The position numbers and the translations under genes were made by a program. Shown here in pieces: positions 39,920-64,000 of a stretch of DNA of 64,000 nucleotides (positions are counted from its first letter, which is position 1; every line of letters starts with the position of its first letter). Source of the stretch: the human T2T-CHM13v2.0 reference genome, Homo sapiens. The notes beneath the pieces were generated by a model. That model searched no databases, was not told the DNA's origin, and saw only the letters and a program-made list of their open reading frames with translations. The stretch lies in assembly GCF_009914755.1 (NCBI RefSeq), contig NC_060933.1; one strand, written 5' to 3'.

Positions 39920-41459
39920 AATTACTTGGAACATTTATCATTTAGCATCTGAATGGGTGGACACTTTTATCTGTAGGAAGGAAATATAGAAAGTGTCTAG
40001 AAGCTGGAAAGGGGCGGGTAAGCGTTGTTCCACTTACTGGTGTGTACAGGAAAATTCTCTCTGTCACAACTGGGATGTCAGAGCTCAGTGAGATGGGCCA
40101 CAGTGCAAAGCAACCGGAAATCTTGAAAGGGGCCAGGCAGATTTCTCCCGGTTTCCAGCTGGCTCAAACATCAGTGCCTTATTTTGTAACTTCTCCCAAA
40201 TATTTACTTTTTTTTTTTTTTTTCATTTTAATGGCCAACTCAAAGGAGTTCAAGCAGCCAGTGGGAATGGGCCAAAATGGCCACCAAGTGCCCTCCCAAT
40301 GCCTAGACTCTCCAAATGTTCTGGGCACCCATTTCCAGACCCTCTTGAAGAAGACCAGGGAGCAGGAAGACCTCTAGTTAAAGCCAGAGGGCTTCATGGT
40401 TCCTATAGGGCCAGTCTCACCTCTCCTCTCCAGGAAGGAGGTGCGTGCAGGGGAGTGTGAGTTCACACCTGTGCTCCAGCATACACCAGCCATGAGGGTG
40501 TCATCGTCCAACCCACTGGGTGTGTGGTTTCCTGGCATCCCGCAGATACAACTCTGCATCTTCATCCAGCACACGTGTGCACACATGTGCACCTGCAGAC
40601 ACTTGGGAATTTACACTTGGACACACAGCCCAGCCCCACTTGGAACTTCAGGGGTGTACTCCTAAAGACCCCCTTACTTTGAGTGATTTGTCTTGGACCC
40701 TGGAAATGGAGGCACAGGCAGGGTTGGACACCTGATGAGTTCACTTGCAGGCCCCATCTGGGGTTCACTCCCTCAGGCCAGTGGGGGAAGTCACCTTTGG
40801 TTCTCCTCCCACTGGAACCTCGCTTCTCCTTTGACACCCCACCATTAGGCTCCCAATGCCTCCGGTGGCCCCTGCATTCCCCCCTCCCATGCAGCCCCCA
40901 TCCAGGCCTCTTGTTCCCTTGACCAAAGCCTATCTGTCCTGAGTCCCCCTCCCTTGGATGCCAAGGGGTGAAAAGGCAGGTGCTTTTCCTGCCCACATGT
41001 TGAGACTCCCAGGAAATAATTCTGGCTTCCTGAAGTAGAGCCTCCCAGAGTCAGAACTCAGAGAGGTCAGTGAGGCCCTTGAACAAAAATCGAAATTGTT
41101 TTCTGTGGGTCATTCTGTCCTGTGAAGTCTCAGCTAACAGATCCAAGGATCCCCATCCCAGGCTCCAGAACCCACCTGGTGGTAGCTGGCTGTAACTGCA
41201 GACCAAGGTGCCTCTGGTCTGCCCACAGATCTGTTTCCACAGAAGTGTGCTGCCAGGGCCTGGGATACCAGGGTGAAAGGATGTGACTTGTGATTTGCAC
41301 GCTGGAGGGAGGCATGATGCTGAAAAGCCTAACCTCTTACTTTGCTTGCATTTCCAGCAGAGGCCTAAGGCCCCTTTCCTGAGATTGCAGCCCCCCTAAT
41401 CAAAGACATGCAAACACAGCCATGGCAGTTTCTGTGGGCCAGCCCTGGGCTTGGGGCTT

Positions 41460-46557
<5,098 letters not shown>

Positions 46558-46801
46558 TCAGTGACAAGAAGTAAAACAGGATCAAGGGATTAAAAAAAAG
46601 GACTGGAAAGTTATTCCAGATAAGGTGATCAGGGAAGTCTTCTCTGAGGAGGTGATGTTTGAGCAAGCCATGAGTGAGGAGAAGGAGCCAGCCACACAAA
46701 AGCCTGGGAGAAGAGAATTCATGCAGAAAGAGACCAGAGTGAAGGGCCCTGGAGTGATGAGAAGCTTGGTGCTGTGGAACCGAGGGGAAGCCAGCTAGTC
46801 T

Positions 46802-47413
46802 TGAGGCAGGAGAATAGGGTCTGGAGGCAGGGAACATAAGGCTGATTCACACTGACTTTCTAGAACTAAATCAAAAGGAAAACCCCAACTTTCCACGTCC
46901 AAGTAACCAAAGGACCAGAGGCTACTCCCTTTGCAATCCCAGCTTTTCTGTGTGCAGATGAAAAACTGAAAGTACCTCTGATTGCTCCCTTCCCACTACC
47001 AGTCAGGCTGGTAGGTGGCCAAGTCTTCATTTGCATGGGAGTATAACTTTGTAACTTCACTTCAGCCTCTGATTGATAACTTTCCACAGCCAATCAGACA
47101 TTGGCGTAGGGTGTAACTTTTAACTTCAGCCTCTGATTGGCCACTTTCCACAACCAATCAGACTGATCACGGGCCACTCCTTCATTTACACAGGGCGTAC
47201 ACCAAATAACCAATGGGAAACCTTTAGAGGGTATTTAAACCCCAGAAACTTCTGTAAGGAGCCTGTTGAGTTTCTTTGCTTGAGCTGTTCTTGCCCTGTA
47301 GAGTGTACTTTCGTTTTCAATAAATCTCTGCTTTTGTTGCTTTATTCTTTCCTTGTTTTGTCTGTATGTTTTGTCCAAGACGCCGAGAAGCTGGGCACCC
47401 TCCACCGTTAACA
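46802..47413 (+). mobile_element. MER51-type ERV1 solo LTR inserted in an L2 remnant
   Basis: TG...CA ends; starts TGAGGCAGGAGAATAGGGTCTGGAGGCAGGGAAC; repeated CCAATCA/GATTGG boxes; TATTTAAA about 47232; AATAAA 47319-47324; 4-bp TSD gtct/gtcc. Confidence 0.85.
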
Positions 47414-47758
47414 GTCCGGCTGCAGCATAGTGAGTAACGCAGTGGGTTAGGACGAGCGTGAGGTCAGAGACAGGCAGGAGTCAAGAAGTGCTGGAAGCAG
47501 AGAAGTGATTTAATCTGTTTTTAAAGCTCTCTCTGGCTGCTGTGCGGAGATTGGATGATAGGAAGGACAAAAGTAGAATTAGGAAGACAAGCTAGGAGGT
47601 TATCTCCCTGGTAAGAGATGCCGTTGATCAGCCTGGGGCAGTGGCTGCGGAGATGCACAGATGTGTGGCATCAGTGAATCTTAGACCTTTTCCGCCATTG
47701 AAATTACATAGGGAGTTAAAACACGCACAGACTTCTGGACCTTACCTTTGCAGAGCCT

Positions 47759-48560
<802 letters not shown>

Positions 48561-48639
48561 GACTCAATGCCTAAGGAATCTATACTTTTTACAAGCCCCC
48601 TGGGATGTGCTGCTTCGTCTCCGGGTACCCACTTGTCTA

Positions 48640-48964
<325 letters not shown>

Positions 48965-50743
48965 GGTGCGTGTGATGATGCAGAAAGAGGAGCACTGGGG
49001 ATGGGAGAGGGGGAGTCCCTGTCGTTTTGGATTCTAGTCCCAGTTACGGGTCTGTTTGGGGGGCTCGGTGGCCCCAAGTGATCATCAGGGATAGCAATGC
49101 CTATCTCGAAGATGGGCTGAAAGTGAGGAATACATAACATAGTATTTGTAAAGCACTCAGCAAAGGACCAGCCGAAGCACTCGGGCTATTTCTGGTAAAG
49201 GGTGCAGGCTCTGGGGTAAATCGCGTGCAGTTGGAACACACATCGGCTTTGCAGCCATCTGCTAATGTGAATTCCATTCCTTTTGGGGCCTCGATTTCCT
49301 CCTCCATAAACTGGTATCCACAATGCCAACCTTGTGAACGCTGTGAGAATGCGCGGGGTAAAGGCGACGTCTCTCCCTCCCGGGAAGAACTTGGATGGTG
49401 TCAGGCCTACACTCTCGCTCCGCCTAGGGCCGCTCGCTGGGCCTGGCTCCCCGGCTGCCGGGCTACGCGAGCTCAGAGGACACCATCGCCCTCTTATGGC
49501 CGCGGCAGGACTGGACCGAGGGGCTGGGCTCTAGTGCCTTCCTCCAGGCACGGCAGAGGGCGAGGGTCTGGCAGCCCGCTTACCCAGGGCCTCGGGGCAC
49601 TAGCATTCATGTCATCGACTGCCTGGCAGGGCTGGCTTTCTTAAGTGTGGTCGTGAGACTTGCTTAAGTGGAAGAAATGCTGTCGCTTTGGAGATTTATA
49701 AAACAATTGGCTCGATGGATCTTTCTTCAGGAGGCGGACTTGGTTTACCGGCTTTACTGACCACAGCTGATGCCAATGATTTCATTTAATCGTCTTTAGA
49801 GTCCCTGTGCATGGGGAGTTACCATCCCCAATTAGTTTCTTGTGAATGCAGGGCAAGGAGAGGGAGAGGGTAGTGGGGGACGGGGAGAAGGGGCGAGGGG
49901 TACCCTCCTATTAAAACGGAGCCGCAGAAAAACCCACAGAGACATCCGTCTGTTCCCCGCTGAGTCCTTAGAACAGCGCCTGGCACACAGAGAGCGCTCA
50001 ACTCGCTGTGTAACTAAATGCAAGCCAAGATCTTCGCATTGTGTGTGCTCTTCCCTTCCCTACCAAATATACCTGGCTTGCAAGGTTTGACCTGTTTTCT
50101 TAGACGATTTTTAACTTGTTTCCAAAAGAAATATTGGAGTAAATTAGCTTGTTCAAAGGAGTCCTTATGAAAGGACAGAACCAAGTGAGAAGTATCTGGA
50201 GCCCGGTTTGGGGTTATAGATGATGATGTTGAGCCAGCACCCACGGGGCGGCCGCAATGTAGAATCCTGGCGCTACTGGGAACCGTGTGGAAAGGGGCTC
50301 TTCTTTCTGTTCAAATAGTGTTTTCTGTAGATCCCATCTCTCCATCCTCCTGAGCTCTCTCTTACAAAATATCGGATTTCAGCAGCTTAGAATTGGACAG
50401 AAACTCAGAGGTCCGTTTCTCAATTATCTCTAACCCTGGTAAACAATAAATGGGATGATGAGTACAAGACAGTTTTGGTAAAAAGTCACACGCCACACAA
50501 CGTGAGATTTTATTATTCCACGGGTGCTTCCTTGCCAATAGTAGACATGGCAGCTCGGCTCCCTTCCCTTCGGGTTCGCCTTATTGTTGCCAATTGTAAA
50601 CATGGCCTCTAGGCCGTGAGTTCTCATTGGCAGCTGCTCTGAGTCCCCGCCCTTCCCCGCCCCTCCGAACGCGGCCTGGAGTTGTGGAGTCGGATATCGC
50701 AGCTCCCGACTGAGCTGCGCCTGCGCAACTCATTGGCGCCAAG

Positions 50744-60726
<9,983 letters not shown>

Positions 60727-61181
60727 GGAGGTGCTCCAGAAGCACGGGACTGTGGACCTTGCAGGAGTGAAGACTGTGATGTGTGGTCCCCATATGTGGC
60801 TCAGCAAAGACTCGAGAGATCATCCCTTTGTCTGCATTGACGGCCCTGTGACGGCCTCCAGCCCACAGGCCTGCTTTCTCCTGTCCTAACACCAAGCCTG
60901 GGTGGCAGATGAACAGTGCTTCCTTGGGTTGCCAGCTGAGTCCCGGTATTAGGGAATAGTTTCAGCTCTTTCAAAGTGCACAGTGTTACAGTCGAATGGG
61001 CTCCCATCCTGGAATAATATGGAGAATCCTTTGTCTTCCACTCACTGTCATTCACAAGGCACAGTGCCCCATGAAATTGCCCCAATAGAAAACATGGCAT
61101 CCCTGACCTCCAAATGGTCTGTTTTGGCCTCCATTCCTATATCCTTTAAATGACTGAGAATGCAGCTGGTAAAGTTGGAAG

Positions 61182-61187
61182 AATAAA
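61182..61187 (+). terminator. Candidate proximal EXOSC2 poly(A) signal AATAAA
   Basis: First canonical hexamer I see downstream of the stop codon; it lies just before an Alu. Confidence 0.55.
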
Positions 61188-61262
61188 GTTAACCAAGCAG
61201 GCCAGGCACGGTGGCTCACGCCTATAATCCCAGCACTTAGGGAGGCCAAGGCGGGCAGATCA

Positions 61263-61562
<300 letters not shown>

Positions 61563-62259
61563 TTATGTCCACACCGGGCTGCCTTAATCTGTCCTGCTTG
61601 GAGAGTGACTTGTAAGATGCTGAATTATTCATGATAATACAGTGAATGTTCTGGGTCCATGTACTCAGATAAACATGAAGAAAATAAGCAAAGAAAAATG
61701 GAGACTGGGAAAGCAAAGCTGTTTTCATCCTATAATTGAAGTAGTGTGGAGCATTAACTTGTGGATGATTCAGAGTTAAAAGATAAAAAGACGCCAGAGT
61801 TCTCGCTGAAGAATGTGAGAATTCCTGTGCATTGTTTTTTCTGATGACTATCTAAAAATGGTGCCCTGATGTAGGTTTGGGGGAACATTCTTAAAAACAA
61901 GGGTGCTATGTGCCTGTAATCCAGCACTTTGGGAAGCTGAGTGGGCAGATCACCTGAGGTCAGGAGTTCAAGACCAGCCCGGCCAATACAGTGAAACCTC
62001 GTCTTTACCAAAAATACAAAAATTAGCCGGGTGTGGTGGCACAAGCCTGTATGTAGTCAGCTACTCAGGAGGCTGAGGCATGAGAATCGCTTGAATTCGG
62101 GAGGCGGAGTTGCAGTGAGCTGAGATCGCACCATTGCACTTCAGCCTAGGTGACACAGTGAGACTGTCTCGAAAGAAAAAAAGGAAAAGAAAAGGCGGCC
62201 GGACGTGGTGGCTCATGCCTGTAATCCCAGCACTTTGGGAGGCTGAGGTGGGTGGATCA

Positions 62260-62758
<499 letters not shown>

Positions 62759-62769
62759 TGACCTTGTGA

Positions 62770-63074
<305 letters not shown>

Positions 63075-64000
63075 TGATTTCCTGACCTTGTGATCCCCCC
63101 GCCTCAGCCTGCCAAAGTGCTGGGATTACAGGCGTGAGCCACTGAGCCCAGCTATAGATGTCTTAACATCATTGTTTTCTGTTCTTTTGTTCCGGGTAAT
63201 AATAAGGAGCTGAGGACAGCTGAGGAAGGGCTTGGCTGACAAAATGCCTTCCGACAGAGCCCTAACTACTCCACGTAAACCTAGGACAGTCTCAATGGTA
63301 GTAACTTTGAACACTGCATTTGATAACTTTCAAATACAACTTGGCTCTTTTTCATTAAATGGTATGCTTCTCTATAACAACACAATAAACAACTTCTTAC
63401 CTCACTTTCTTTTTTTGAGACAGGGTCTCACTCTGTCACCCAGGCTGGAGTGGGGTGGCATGGATCACAGATCACTGGAGCCTCTACCTCCCAGGCTCAA
63501 GTGAACCTATCTTAGCCTCCCGAGTAGCTGGGTCCACAGGCATGTGACGTACCACCATGCCTGGCTTTTTTTTTTTTTTTTTTTTTTGAGACAGGGTCTT
63601 GCTCTGTCACCTAGGCTGGACTGCAGTGGCACAATCACGTCTCAACCTCCTGGTCTCAACCAGTTTCCAACTTCAGCCTTCTGAGTAGCTGGGACTACAG
63701 GTGCTGAGCCACCACATCCAGCTAATTGTTTTTGTTTTTTGTTTTTCGGCAGAGATGAAGTCTCACTATGTTGCCCAGGCTGGTCTTGAACTCCTGACCT
63801 CAAGCAACCCTCCTGCTCAAGCCATCTTCCCACCTTAGCCTCCCAGAGTGTTGAGATTACAGGCATGAGCCACCACACGCTGCCTATTTTTTTTATTTTT
63901 ACGAATTTTTTTGTTGTTGCCCAGGCTCAAGCGATCCACCCACCTTTGCCTCCCAAAGTGCTGGGATTATGTGTGTGAGCCACAGCTCCTGGCCTCTTTT

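Larger units (their letters stand above)
38624..39940 (+). other. PRDM12: PRDM12 3' UTR (end approximate)
   Basis: Follows the stop codon; AU-rich distal part with AATAAA at 39724-39729 and 39914-39919. Confidence 0.75.

Overview
Human-type (primate) genomic DNA from the PRDM12-EXOSC2 locus. From recall this is chr9q34, just upstream of ABL1. Two complete + strand protein-coding genes can be assembled exon by exon. PRDM12 has 5 exons (21616-38623, 1095 nt, 364 aa) encoding a PR/SET domain, 3 C2H2 fingers and a poly-Ala tract of only 9 residues here. EXOSC2/RRP4 has 9 exons (50744-60726, 882 nt, 293 aa) with a U12-type intron 5. The rest comprises a processed RPL19 pseudogene (8733-9430), CpG islands, very dense Alus, old L1/L2/MIR fragments, MaLR and ERV1 solo LTRs (MSTA-like, MER51, MER4A1) and microsatellites. 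I found no CRISPR array, RNA gene or new multi-gene system. The best candidates for undescribed biology are regulatory and inferred: (1) a frameshifting cryptic exon built around (UG)22 in PRDM12 intron 3, plus UG repeats on both sides of the in-frame-skippable exon 3, suggesting TDP-43 control; (2) a compact element in EXOSC2 intron 6 with four tandem nuclear-receptor half-sites, a strong CTCF motif and a second U12-like acceptor; (3) Pumilio sites lying between two PRDM12 poly(A) signals; (4) a duplicated CCAAT/YY1 module in the EXOSC2 promoter. Repeat boundaries and subfamily names are by eye and approximate.
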